Shown one piece after another: positions 11,243 to 18,809 of a stretch of 64,000 bases of DNA. Every line of letters begins with the position of its first letter. Positions within the stretch are counted from its first letter, which is position 1. Location of the stretch: NCBI GenBank assembly GCA_963763745.1, contig CAVXQJ010000016.1, positions 513,029-577,028 on the forward strand. Direction: 5' to 3'. Under the pieces are notes generated by a model. It searched no databases. It saw nothing but the letters and a program-made list of their open reading frames with translations, and was not told the DNA's origin. The DNA is from an uncultured delta proteobacterium. GTDB taxonomy: Bacteria; Myxococcota_A; Polyangia; Polyangiales; Polyangiaceae. The position numbers and the translations under genes are program-made.

Positions 11243-11327
11243 GACAGCGCACTCACGCCTCGCTGCTCACTCTGCGCTGGCAGGAATCTTTCGCGTTCGG
11301 CGTGCACGACCAATCACACGACAGCCC
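11193..11327. repeat. Palindromic hairpin element family 2, copy 2 (inverted relative to copy 1; approximate)
   Basis: gggctgtcgtgtgattgg...cgaaagattcatgacagcgc / gcgctggcaggaatctttcgc...caatcacacgacagccc. Confidence 0.65.
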
Positions 11328-11385
11328 GAAGTGTTCGCGCCACCAACCTGCGACGAGCCCCCATCCCCGCTACCAACCCACCTCA

Positions 11386-11473
11386 ATTTCGGCGAAGCCG
11401 AAATATGAGGGGGCGCCAACACGCGCAGGCTCGAAACTTCCGCCTCACGCGTCTCGTGCGTGAAGTTTCGAGC
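11386..11473 (-). terminator. Two tandem hairpins at the 3' end of the radical-SAM operon (approximate)
   Basis: atttcggc-gaa-gccgaaat palindrome and gctcgaaacttc...gaagtttcgagc 12-bp stem with 21-nt loop spanning the rSAM stop codon at 11445. Confidence 0.3.
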
Positions 11474-12593
11474 CGAGCATGTTGGCGGGGGGAGAGAGAA
11501 GCAGAAGCAACAAACCGCACAACGCGCGGACACTCCGGATCCCCCCATCCCCCGCACCCAAAAACCGCGAAACCGCCTTGCACCCGCCACGACACACGTC
11601 GCGCAAGGCACACGCATCACACGGCGCGCTCGTCCCGTGCGCCGCCACTTCACCCGGCTCCAAAAAACTGCACGGCGCGCTTCGCCCATCGGAGCGCACC
11701 GCGGACAGCGCCGCGCCCGCTTCGCAACCGAAGACGCCGAGCGCGCGCAAGTCGGCCGCGCGATCGTAGAGCGCGTCGGAGAGGAGCGCGACCATCGCGC
11801 AGTCGATGCGGAGGCGAAAACCCGATGCGTGCATTCTGCACACGATGTGCTCGATCGCCTCTCCCAGCGACGCGACTTGTTCGCGCGTGAGACGCTTCGC
11901 GAGGTAGTCGAGCTTCGCAGCGCGGCCAGCCGGTTTGTATCGGAGGAGCTGCGCTTCGCGCGCGCCGAGATCGCGAGCGCGCGCGATCGTGTCGCCCAGC
12001 GCGGGGAAGCTCTGGCGCGTGAGGACGACGTTGACGCCGAACGGGACGTTCGCTTCGTGGAGGAGTCGCATCGCGCGCTCGGCGACGCGCGCGCCGGGGA
12101 ACGCGCGGACGGAGCGATACACTTCGTCCTCGCCGTCGTAGCTCACGTTGACTTGCGCGAACGCGCCGAGCGCGCGTGCCTTGTCGCGCGTCATGCCGAC
12201 GCCGCTCGTCGTGACGACGGGGATGAGGCTGTGTGCGCGCGCTCTCTTTGCGAGCTCGCCGAGGTCGTCGCGAAGGAGCGGCTCGCCGCCGCCGAACGCA
12301 ACCGTGAAGACGCCGCTCTGCGCGAGCGCTTCGAGCGTACGTTCGAGCGCGTCGCGTTCGACGTGCGCGCCATCGGGGCGCGCATCGAGATAACAACCTT
12401 CGCATCCGACGTGACACTGCGACGTGACCGCGACGTGCGCCTCGAGCGGCGCGCTCTTCGTGATCGCGATGTCGCGCCACGCATCGCCGCCGTCGATTCC
12501 AATCTTGCGCGCACCTTCGCGATCGAGCGCGACGAGCGCCGCGGGCTCATCGACCCGCACCCATGCCCCCCAACTCTCGATGCGCGTCCTCAC
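11445..12593 (-). CDS. Radical SAM enzyme with C-terminal SPASM domain (peptide-modifying maturase-like)
   Basis: CHVGCEGC (CxxxCxxC) radical-SAM cluster motif and C-terminal CDACALRDVCRGGC (Cx2Cx5Cx3C) SPASM motif. Start set at GTG 12593 because it overlaps the upstream peptide stop as GTGA; the long 645-aa ORF upstream of this point is Arg-rich off-frame junk overlapping two real genes. Confidence 0.75.
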   Translation of the reverse strand: MRTRIESWGAWVRVDEPAALVALDREGARKIGIDGGDAWRDIAITKSAPLEAHVAVTSQCHVGCEGCYLDARPDGAHVERDALERTLEALAQSGVFTVAFGGGEPLLRDDLGELAKRARAHSLIPVVTTSGVGMTRDKARALGAFAQVNVSYDGEDEVYRSVRAFPGARVAERAMRLLHEANVPFGVNVVLTRQSFPALGDTIARARDLGAREAQLLRYKPAGRAAKLDYLAKRLTREQVASLGEAIEHIVCRMHASGFRLRIDCAMVALLSDALYDRAADLRALGVFGCEAGAALSAVRSDGRSAPCSFLEPGEVAAHGTSAPCDACALRDVCRGGCKAVSRFLGAGDGGIRSVRALCGLLLLLLSPPANMLGSKLHARDA

Positions 12594-12829
12594 GACTCCG
12601 TCTCCGTCCCCGACTCCGACGCCGTCCCCGTCTCCGTTCCCGACCCCGACTCCGACTCCGTCTCCGCCTTCGCCGCGACGATCGCCGCGCACGCCGCGGC
12701 CACGATCGCACCCGCCGCGATCTGCGCGATGAACAGCGTGTCGATCACGCTCCCGATGCTCGAACAGTTCGCGCCGTGCCCTTCGCGCACGACGACGACG
12801 TGGTCTTCGAGCTCTTTCGGGTCGCTCAT
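12590..12829 (-). CDS. 79-aa small protein: hydrophobic helix plus C-terminal (E/G/A)(T/S) dipeptide-repeat tail; candidate substrate/precursor of the adjacent radical-SAM enzyme
   Basis: MSDPKELEDHVVVVREGHGANCSSIGSVIDTLFIAQIAAGAIVAAACAAIVAAKAETESESGSGTETGTASESGTETES; ATG overlaps the upstream gene stop (ATGA) and its stop overlaps the rSAM GTG (GTGA); about 90% G/C at codon third positions in this frame. Confidence 0.55.
   Translation of the reverse strand: MSDPKELEDHVVVVREGHGANCSSIGSVIDTLFIAQIAAGAIVAAACAAIVAAKAETESESGSGTETGTASESGTETES
12596..12675. repeat. Imperfect hexanucleotide microsatellite (GACTCC/GTCTCC/GTCCCC)n of about 13 units (approximate)
   Basis: Read on minus strand it encodes the ET/ES/GT tail of the small peptide; the -1 frame gives GD/GV repeats; a related (GGGGAC/GGAGAC)n tract encodes the (GD)n C-terminus of HflX at about 27393-27445. 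Confidence 0.6.
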
Positions 12830-13803
12830 AGGCCGAAGCTCTCGAGGTATCGGACGTCGATGCCATAGAGGACGATGAACGCGGCAGACGCAACGGCGGC
12901 GACGGAGACGATCGCGCGACCGACGCGCGCGGCGCGGGTGTGCGCGCCCGCGAGACCCCATGCGCGTGCGACGAGGATGATGGGGAACATCGCGGCGGGG
13001 AGCGCCAAGAATGGCGTCGCGTGCCCGCGCTCGTACGCCGTCGCGAGGACCGCGGCGAATGTTGCAAGATACACGCAAATGAGGGCGGCTTTTGGCGCGA
13101 ATCGGAGCATCGATCGCGCGCTCGCGCCGCGGAGCTTTCGAGCGCTCGCGGCGATGCCGAGCACGCCAAAGACGACGAGCACCCCGATCGACGCGCGAAA
13201 CACGAAGCGACGACGCGTCCACCGCGCGACGCGAGCGACGAGATCGGGCGCGCTCTTGCCCGCGCGGGCGGCGGCGTGCTTCGCGGCGGTCGCGTCGCCG
13301 CGTTCCGTCGCGAGGTCGACGAGGCGCGACGCGGCTTGCGCGCGGAGCGGCACGTCGCTCTTCGGCTCGTCGAGGAGCGCATCGAGCTCGCGCTCCGCGT
13401 CGGCGGGTCGCGCGAGCTTCGACGCGTAGCTCTCGGCGACGAACATGCGCGCCTCGGTACGCACTTCGCCCGGCGGGAACGCTTCGAGATCGCGCGCGAG
13501 CCCGTCGACGAGCGCGGCGTTCGCTTGCGCGTTCGGATCGCGGCGTGCGCGTTCGAGCTTCACGAGCGGCGCGAAGTCGCCTTCGGATCGATCATGCAGC
13601 CAGCGCGCGCGCGCCGAGGAGCGGAGCGCCCAGCGATTCGACGGATCCGTTTGGATCGATGCTTCGTAGTGCGCGAGCGCGCTCGCGAAATCGAGATCGC
13701 GCTCTTCTTGCTCGGCCGCCGCGTAGAGACGCTCCGCCTCGGCGCGTGATGACGAGTCGCTCGATGCGACGGCGATGGCGCCAAAGAGAATGAGCGCGGT
13801 CAC
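12826..13803 (-). CDS. Membrane protein with N-terminal signal peptide, periplasmic TPR-like region and C-terminal multi-TM domain
   Basis: MTALILFGAIAVASS signal; helical TPR-like segment (ALAHYEASIQTDPSNRWAL...); 4 predicted TM helices at C-terminus; first gene of the coupled three-gene unit. Confidence 0.6.
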   Translation of the reverse strand: MTALILFGAIAVASSDSSSRAEAERLYAAAEQEERDLDFASALAHYEASIQTDPSNRWALRSSARARWLHDRSEGDFAPLVKLERARRDPNAQANAALVDGLARDLEAFPPGEVRTEARMFVAESYASKLARPADAERELDALLDEPKSDVPLRAQAASRLVDLATERGDATAAKHAAARAGKSAPDLVARVARWTRRRFVFRASIGVLVVFGVLGIAASARKLRGASARSMLRFAPKAALICVYLATFAAVLATAYERGHATPFLALPAAMFPIILVARAWGLAGAHTRAARVGRAIVSVAAVASAAFIVLYGIDVRYLESFGL

Positions 13804-13831
13804 GCAGGGAAGTTGATGCAGCGCGCGAGCG

Positions 13832-15682
13832 TTGTACAGAGCAAACGTGCTCTGCTACTCGTGTCGCGTGCGGCGTTCCGTTTTTGCGCTGTCGCTTCTG
13901 CTCTTCGCAGGTTGCAAGGGATGCAAAAACGAGCATCCGTACGTTCCGTACACGATCGCCGACGACGCGGGCGACGCAGAGGTCGCCGCAAGCGACGCGG
14001 GCGATGACGCCATCGCGCCGATTCACGAGACCTCCGCGACGCAAGCGCCCGCCGGAACGGCGCGATGGACGCTCGATGGCGTGACGCTCGTCGCGCCGAC
14101 CGGAATGGTGTTCGAGCTCGGCGTCGTTCGCGACTTCGATGGTGACGGCAACAAAGACGCCGCCGCGATCGCGCGACGCGACGGACAAGAAGGCGATCTC
14201 GGGACGCTGCTCTATTACCGCGGCGATCCGGCGGGCCTGCGATCTCCGCTGACGGTCGCGCCGTCGCCGACGTTTGCGCCGGCGGGCGCGGCGTGTACGG
14301 CGAAGCGGAGAATGTCCGCCGTCGGTCGTCACTCGCTCTTCGTCGAGCTCGGCGCGCTTTGCACGGCGCCTTCTCCGAAAGAGCCGTCGCGACAAATCTC
14401 GGTGTGGACGCTGCGAGCCGAGCCGCGCGTGCACTTGTCGGCGCAAGTGATCGATCCGCCGGGCGCGCCGAAGCTCTCGTTCGTCGTCGATGCGAGCGAC
14501 GCGGACGGCGATGGGCTCGATGACGTCCTCTTGCGCGCGTCGGTCGAAGGCGGAGACGCGCCGTTCGAGCCGCTCCCGCGCGCGGATGCGACGCTGCGAT
14601 GGTTCGATCGTCCCGCCGGCATGAGCCGCGATCCCGACGGGCCCGATGGATCGCTTCGCGCGTTCGCCGCGGGTCTCGCGATTCGCGCGGCGAAGGCGAA
14701 GGATGCGCCGCAAGTGCTCGCGCAGGCGCGCGCGGTGCGCGTGCTTTGGAGCGCGCTGTGCGGCGATGGTCGATCGCCGCGCGTCGTGAAGATGTTCGGC
14801 GGCGCACCCATCACGTGCGGCGCGAGCCGCGCGCTCGAGGAAGCGGGTCTCGCGGAGGCTCGCGCGCACGCAGCGCTCGGCGATCCGCTCGGCGCGATCG
14901 CCGCGCTCGATCGCGCGCAAGTCCCGCCGGCGACGAAGACCGCGCAGCGAAGCAAAGACGCGGAGAATTGGATCGCGCAGATCGCGCCCGTGACGCAAGC
15001 GACGCAAGTGCGCTCGATCGCCGCAGTGCCGCAGTCGTCGCGATCGACCGCGCCCGCGTGGGGCGCGCTCGCGTTCGAGCCTTCGGGCAAGCTCCTCGTG
15101 CGCACGGCCGCGGGCGTCGTGCGCGTCGATCCCGAGCAAGGCGACGAGACGGACGCGAGCGATCAGAAGACGTGGGGCGAGGCCGTCGTGTCGCCCGATG
15201 GATCGCAGCGATTCACCGAAGCGTTCGAGCCGTGCGACGGCGCCTCGCTCCACGCGACGTTCACGCCCACCGACGGAAGCGACGCGACCGATGTGCTCTT
15301 GCCGATCGCGTCGCACACGCTCTCGCGTTGCACGAACGCAAAGGGAACGCCCGCGCCCGTCGTGCCGCTCGCGAACGGTCTTGGTGGTCTCGAAGTGATC
15401 ATCGCGGGCGAGCCCATCTTGGTCACCGCGGGTCACGCGTCGCTCCTTCGCTCCGCGCTCGGTCAACCAACGCCGCACGGTTCCGCGCGCTCGCCGGACG
15501 GCAAGACCTTCGCGTTCGCGACGTCGCTCGGCGTGCTCGTCCAAGGTCCGACGAAGTCGCGCGTCCTTCGTCAGGCGACGCTCGATGGAACGTACGCCGA
15601 GCAGCGCGATTGCACCGCCTCCGACGACGGAACGCGCGTCGCATGCGTTCGCGCGGGCAAAGCGTGGGTCGCTACGTTCTGA
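13832..15682 (+). CDS. Lipoprotein with FG-GAP/VCBS-like Asp-Gly motifs
   Basis: ORF 13832..15682; lipobox LLLFAGC (alternative GTG start at 13868 gives MRRSVFALSLLLFAGC); DFDGDGNKD and DADGDGLDD calcium-binding-like motifs. Confidence 0.55.
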   Translation: MYRANVLCYSCRVRRSVFALSLLLFAGCKGCKNEHPYVPYTIADDAGDAEVAASDAGDDAIAPIHETSATQAPAGTARWTLDGVTLVAPTGMVFELGVVRDFDGDGNKDAAAIARRDGQEGDLGTLLYYRGDPAGLRSPLTVAPSPTFAPAGAACTAKRRMSAVGRHSLFVELGALCTAPSPKEPSRQISVWTLRAEPRVHLSAQVIDPPGAPKLSFVVDASDADGDGLDDVLLRASVEGGDAPFEPLPRADATLRWFDRPAGMSRDPDGPDGSLRAFAAGLAIRAAKAKDAPQVLAQARAVRVLWSALCGDGRSPRVVKMFGGAPITCGASRALEEAGLAEARAHAALGDPLGAIAALDRAQVPPATKTAQRSKDAENWIAQIAPVTQATQVRSIAAVPQSSRSTAPAWGALAFEPSGKLLVRTAAGVVRVDPEQGDETDASDQKTWGEAVVSPDGSQRFTEAFEPCDGASLHATFTPTDGSDATDVLLPIASHTLSRCTNAKGTPAPVVPLANGLGGLEVIIAGEPILVTAGHASLLRSALGQPTPHGSARSPDGKTFAFATSLGVLVQGPTKSRVLRQATLDGTYAEQRDCTASDDGTRVACVRAGKAWVATF

Positions 15683-16300
15683 TCAAGCCGAGGAGCTGAT
15701 CAGCGCAGCGCGGATGGTGCGCGCGAGGAGCTCCGTCGCAGCCGAAGGCGACAGCTGCATCGCGTAACGCATCGTGTCCCACGTGCGACCGTGCGAGAGG
15801 AGATCGAGCGTATCGAGGAGCTCGCGGCGCGACTCGCTCGCGTCGAGCTCTTCGGCGAACACTTGCTCCACCTCGCGACGACGGCGCTGCCACGCTTCGT
15901 CCGTCGCGCGTCCGATCGCGGTCGAACCGGTCTTTGGCGTCGCACCGACGACGGATGCCGCGCGCCGCACCGGCGAGCAAAACTCGAGCTCGCGCCCGCG
16001 CGCTTCGGCGAACGCATTCACGCGTTGATCGAGCGTGAGTCGCGCGTCGACGTACGCCTTCATCGGCCCGACGCGCCGCGCGTGCTCCTCGACCGCCGCG
16101 ACGAACAAGTCCTCGCGCGAAGGAAAATGCTGACGAATCGATCGCACGGCGACGCTCGCGCGCTTCGCGATCTGACCTGCCGTCGGCGCGAGGTTCCCTT
16201 CCTCGATCAAGTCGATGAGCGACGCGACGATCGCCTTGTGCGTACGCGCGGACCGCTCGCGCCGGCCGTCCCGTCTCTCGAGCGCTCGCTGCGGAAGCAT
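15683..16300 (-). CDS. TetR/AcrR-family transcriptional regulator
   Basis: N-terminal HTH (AGQIAKRASVAVRSIRQHFPSREDLF) typical of TetR family; about 200 aa. Confidence 0.8.
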   Translation of the reverse strand: MLPQRALERRDGRRERSARTHKAIVASLIDLIEEGNLAPTAGQIAKRASVAVRSIRQHFPSREDLFVAAVEEHARRVGPMKAYVDARLTLDQRVNAFAEARGRELEFCSPVRRAASVVGATPKTGSTAIGRATDEAWQRRRREVEQVFAEELDASESRRELLDTLDLLSHGRTWDTMRYAMQLSPSAATELLARTIRAALISSSA

Positions 16301-16314
16301 TCACATGAGGGGTA

Positions 16315-16734
16315 TCACGGAGTGACGGTGAGCGTTCCGTGCATCGTCATGTAGTGGCCGGGGAACGTGCAGATGTAAGGATACGTTCCGGCCGCTGGGG
16401 CGGTGAACGTCACCTCGACTTGTCCACCGGGCTGGCTGAGGCCCGTGTGCGCGAGGACGTCGGCGCTGCCCTTCGGAACGTAGCCGGCCGCTTCGCCCGC
16501 CGTCATTCCCGCCGTCGCGACCTCGGCTTCTTTGCCCGGGCTGACGAGCACCCAGTTGTGCTTCATCGCCTGGGACGTCGCGTGGTTCGTCAAGACGACG
16601 TGCACCGTCTGACCGCTCTTCACGGTGAATGCGGTCTTGTCGTACGCCATCGTCTCGCCGACCGTGCCGAGGTTGATCTCGGCGGTGCCTTTGCACGCCG
16701 TCACGAGCGCGAGACACGCGATGAGCTTTTTCAT
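16315..16734 (-). CDS. Azurin-like blue-copper protein (cupredoxin) with lipoprotein signal
   Basis: Trimmed from ORF 16315..17526 to MKKLIACLALVTAC; copper-ligand motifs HNWVL and CTFPGHYMTMHG as in azurin. Confidence 0.8.
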   Translation of the reverse strand: MKKLIACLALVTACKGTAEINLGTVGETMAYDKTAFTVKSGQTVHVVLTNHATSQAMKHNWVLVSPGKEAEVATAGMTAGEAAGYVPKGSADVLAHTGLSQPGGQVEVTFTAPAAGTYPYICTFPGHYMTMHGTLTVTP

Positions 16735-16796
16735 GCCCCGGTTGTGCCGCCGCGAAGCGCGCAGGTCAAGTCGAAATATATGGGATCCCATACATC

Positions 16797-17555
16797 TCAA
16801 CGCAGTTGAAATGCCCCGATCACGTCGGCGCGCTTCACGGGTCCGCCGTGGCCCAAGTAGAAGGTCTGAACGCCGAGATCGAGGAGCGCCTGGATGTTCT
16901 TTCGGTTCTGCGCGGGGTCGGCTTGATAGAGGTGCTCGCCGGGCGAGTGTGGAAAGAAGAGCCCGCCGAGCGCACCGCCCGCGATCATGTCGCCGACGAA
17001 CGCGGTGTGATCGGCGAGCAAGATGACGATCGATCCGGGCGTGTGGCCCGGCATCTCGATCACTTTTCCGGCGATGCCCCACGGCGCGAGATCGATCGCG
17101 TCGTTCGGACGCACGATGATGTCCGGCACGAGCTCGGGGTATTCGGTCGTGAGAAATGGCTTGAGCACGGCGCCCGTGAAGCCAGTCGGTTTGAGATCGT
17201 CGTCGTGACCTGCCGCGGCGAGCGAAAAATCGCCGAGGCCGAGCATGACCTTCGCTCCGGCGAGCCTTTGGATGTCGGCTGCGAGACCGGCGTGATCGGC
17301 GTGGCCGTGCGTCACGACGACGAGCCCGACCGAGCTCCTCGCGACGCCGCGCTCGGCGAGCGCCGCCGCGAGATCGTCCATGTCGCCGAGAGTCCCCGAA
17401 TCGACGAGCACGGGATGCCGCGTGCGAATCATGAACACGTTCGAGAGACGCAGCGGGATTTGGACGATCTCCGCGGACCCACCACTGGTGAGGGGCGCCT
17501 TCCCGACGACGGTGGGTCCGGCGCAAGCGAAGAGGAGAGGGAACAGGAAGATCAA
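16797..17555 (-). CDS. Metallo-beta-lactamase-fold hydrolase (likely exported); start uncertain
   Basis: VTHGHADHAG HxHxDH motif; trimmed from ORF 16797..18539; only in-frame ATG is at 17432 (MIRTRHP) but a conserved beta-strand plus LLFACAG lipobox precede it; possible TTG start at 17555 lies inside repeat family 3 copy 2. Confidence 0.55.
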   Translation of the reverse strand: MIFLFPLLFACAGPTVVGKAPLTSGGSAEIVQIPLRLSNVFMIRTRHPVLVDSGTLGDMDDLAAALAERGVARSSVGLVVVTHGHADHAGLAADIQRLAGAKVMLGLGDFSLAAAGHDDDLKPTGFTGAVLKPFLTTEYPELVPDIIVRPNDAIDLAPWGIAGKVIEMPGHTPGSIVILLADHTAFVGDMIAGGALGGLFFPHSPGEHLYQADPAQNRKNIQALLDLGVQTFYLGHGGPVKRADVIGAFQLR

Positions 17556-17640
17556 AAGATCAGAAGGAGAGAAGTGGGGTTTCGAACCACAAATTCTTCC
17601 TGATCTTCTGATCTTCCTGTTCACTCTTCTTCCTAGCGTA
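17540..17640. repeat. Repeat family 3 copy 2: AT-richer hairpin element (approximate)
   Basis: gaacaggaagatcaaaagatcagaagga ... ccacaaattcttcctgatcttctgatcttcctgttc; related to copies at 8.1 kb and 45.8 kb. Confidence 0.6.
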
Positions 17641-17642
17641 CG

Positions 17643-18056
17643 ATGAGTGCGGTGCGGTTTGCGATGGTTCTCGTGGTGGCGGCGTTTGCGGTCGACGCGC
17701 GTGCGGACGATGCGGCGCCGAGCGATGTCGATGTCGCATTGCGGTGTCCCGCGTCGCAAGGGACGGGGCGCGTGCGGTGCACGGTCGATGCGACGGCGCA
17801 GTCGGGGCGCGCGATTTCGTGGGCGGACGTCGTCGTCGTGTCGACGCCCGCGTTCGCGACGCCGCTCCGCGGACGCCTCGCGCCGGAGGACGCGATCGAT
17901 CAGACGCGCGATCGGTGGCGTTGGGAGTTCGCGCTCGCCGCGCGAACGCGAGGTCACGGCGACGTGACGGTGCGCGTGCGCGCGATCGTATGCGTGCAGA
18001 ATGCATGCAAACCGTGGCACCGCGACGTCACCGCGCCCCTCGTCGTCGGCGAATAG
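17643..18056 (+). CDS. Secreted hypothetical protein
   Basis: Signal peptide MSAVRFAMVLVVAAFAVDARA; 137 aa; no known domain recognised. Confidence 0.45.
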   Translation: MSAVRFAMVLVVAAFAVDARADDAAPSDVDVALRCPASQGTGRVRCTVDATAQSGRAISWADVVVVSTPAFATPLRGRLAPEDAIDQTRDRWRWEFALAARTRGHGDVTVRVRAIVCVQNACKPWHRDVTAPLVVGE

Positions 18057-18101
18057 TGCAAAAGTTGGCCCTCGTCGCTGACGGGGTTTAGCGGTGGAAG
18101 C

Positions 18102-18809
18102 ATGTTCTCGCTTCCCGGCCGACTGCGCGCGACGACGCTCGGCGATTTGCTCGGCGTGCTTCACCGCGCGGGCGCGAGCGGAACCCTCGAGCTCACCGAA
18201 GATCGCGGGCGCACGCACCGCGTCCACATCACGTCGGGGCTCGTCACGTCCGTCGAGCTCGATGGCGCGAGCCCGCCGCTCACCGATCTCCTGAAGACCG
18301 CCGGTGCGCTCGACGACATGACGATTCGTCGCGCGGTGCTCCGCGCTCTCACCTCGCAGCGCCTCGTCGGCGAAGTGCTCGCGTCCGACTTCCACGTGTC
18401 GCCCAACGTGATCGACGTCGCGCTGCGCGACCAGCTCGTCTTGCGGCTGCGCGCGCTCGAGTCGATCGAAGACGCGCGCGTCGGCTTTCGTGCGTGCGTG
18501 CGTCCGCCGCGCGAAGCTCTGCGCGATCGTCCGCTCCAAGCGAGCGAGTTTCTACGCGGCCGCCGCCGCGCGCGCGATCGCGACGCGAAGACGCAAACCC
18601 CAACCCCCGCTCCATCGCGCGACTCGAGCGCGTACACGCTGCTCGGCGTGGAGCGCGACGCGGACGCTGCGGAGATCCGCCGCGCGTTTCGGCGTCTCGC
18701 GCGGGAGCTGCATCCTGATCGACATCCGGAGGCGAGCGAGGGTGAGCGACGCGCGCTTGCGTTGAAGTTCGCGCAAGTCGCGGCGGCGTATCAGGCGCTC
18801 GTCGCCTGA
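18102..18809 (+). CDS. DUF4388-domain protein with C-terminal DnaJ (J) domain
   Basis: N-terminal TTLGDLLGVL...GTLEL (DUF4388-like) and C-terminal YTLLGVERDADAAEIRRAFRRLARELHPDRHP with HPD motif. Confidence 0.7.
   Translation: MFSLPGRLRATTLGDLLGVLHRAGASGTLELTEDRGRTHRVHITSGLVTSVELDGASPPLTDLLKTAGALDDMTIRRAVLRALTSQRLVGEVLASDFHVSPNVIDVALRDQLVLRLRALESIEDARVGFRACVRPPREALRDRPLQASEFLRGRRRARDRDAKTQTPTPAPSRDSSAYTLLGVERDADAAEIRRAFRRLARELHPDRHPEASEGERRALALKFAQVAAAYQALVA

Noticed and set aside
10188-11330. Possible CRISPR array or tandem direct repeats in the 10-11 kb repeat hotspot
   Set aside because: The repeats are inverted (palindromic) and of two different families with no regularly spaced identical direct repeats or spacers, so this is not CRISPR-like.
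12594-13382. Upstream 262 codons of the 645-aa ORF containing the radical-SAM domain
   Set aside because: This stretch overlaps the TPR-membrane gene and the 79-aa peptide in other frames, is Arg/Ser/Pro-rich with no domain, and a GTG at 12593 gives a 4-nt GTGA coupling with the peptide stop. The start was therefore moved. A GTG at about 12692 remains a lower-probability alternative.
13592-15544. 650-aa minus-strand ORF (and similar long ORFs 5946..8120 +, 6304..6960 -, 22275..24245 +, 25561..27594 +, 38945..42166 tail, 61917..63995 -)
   Set aside because: Extremely Arg/Ala-rich, antisense to or frame-shifted relative to well-supported genes (lipoprotein, hrpB, esterase, hflX, gspD/E, lon). 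These are typical off-frame open reading frames of 70% GC DNA.
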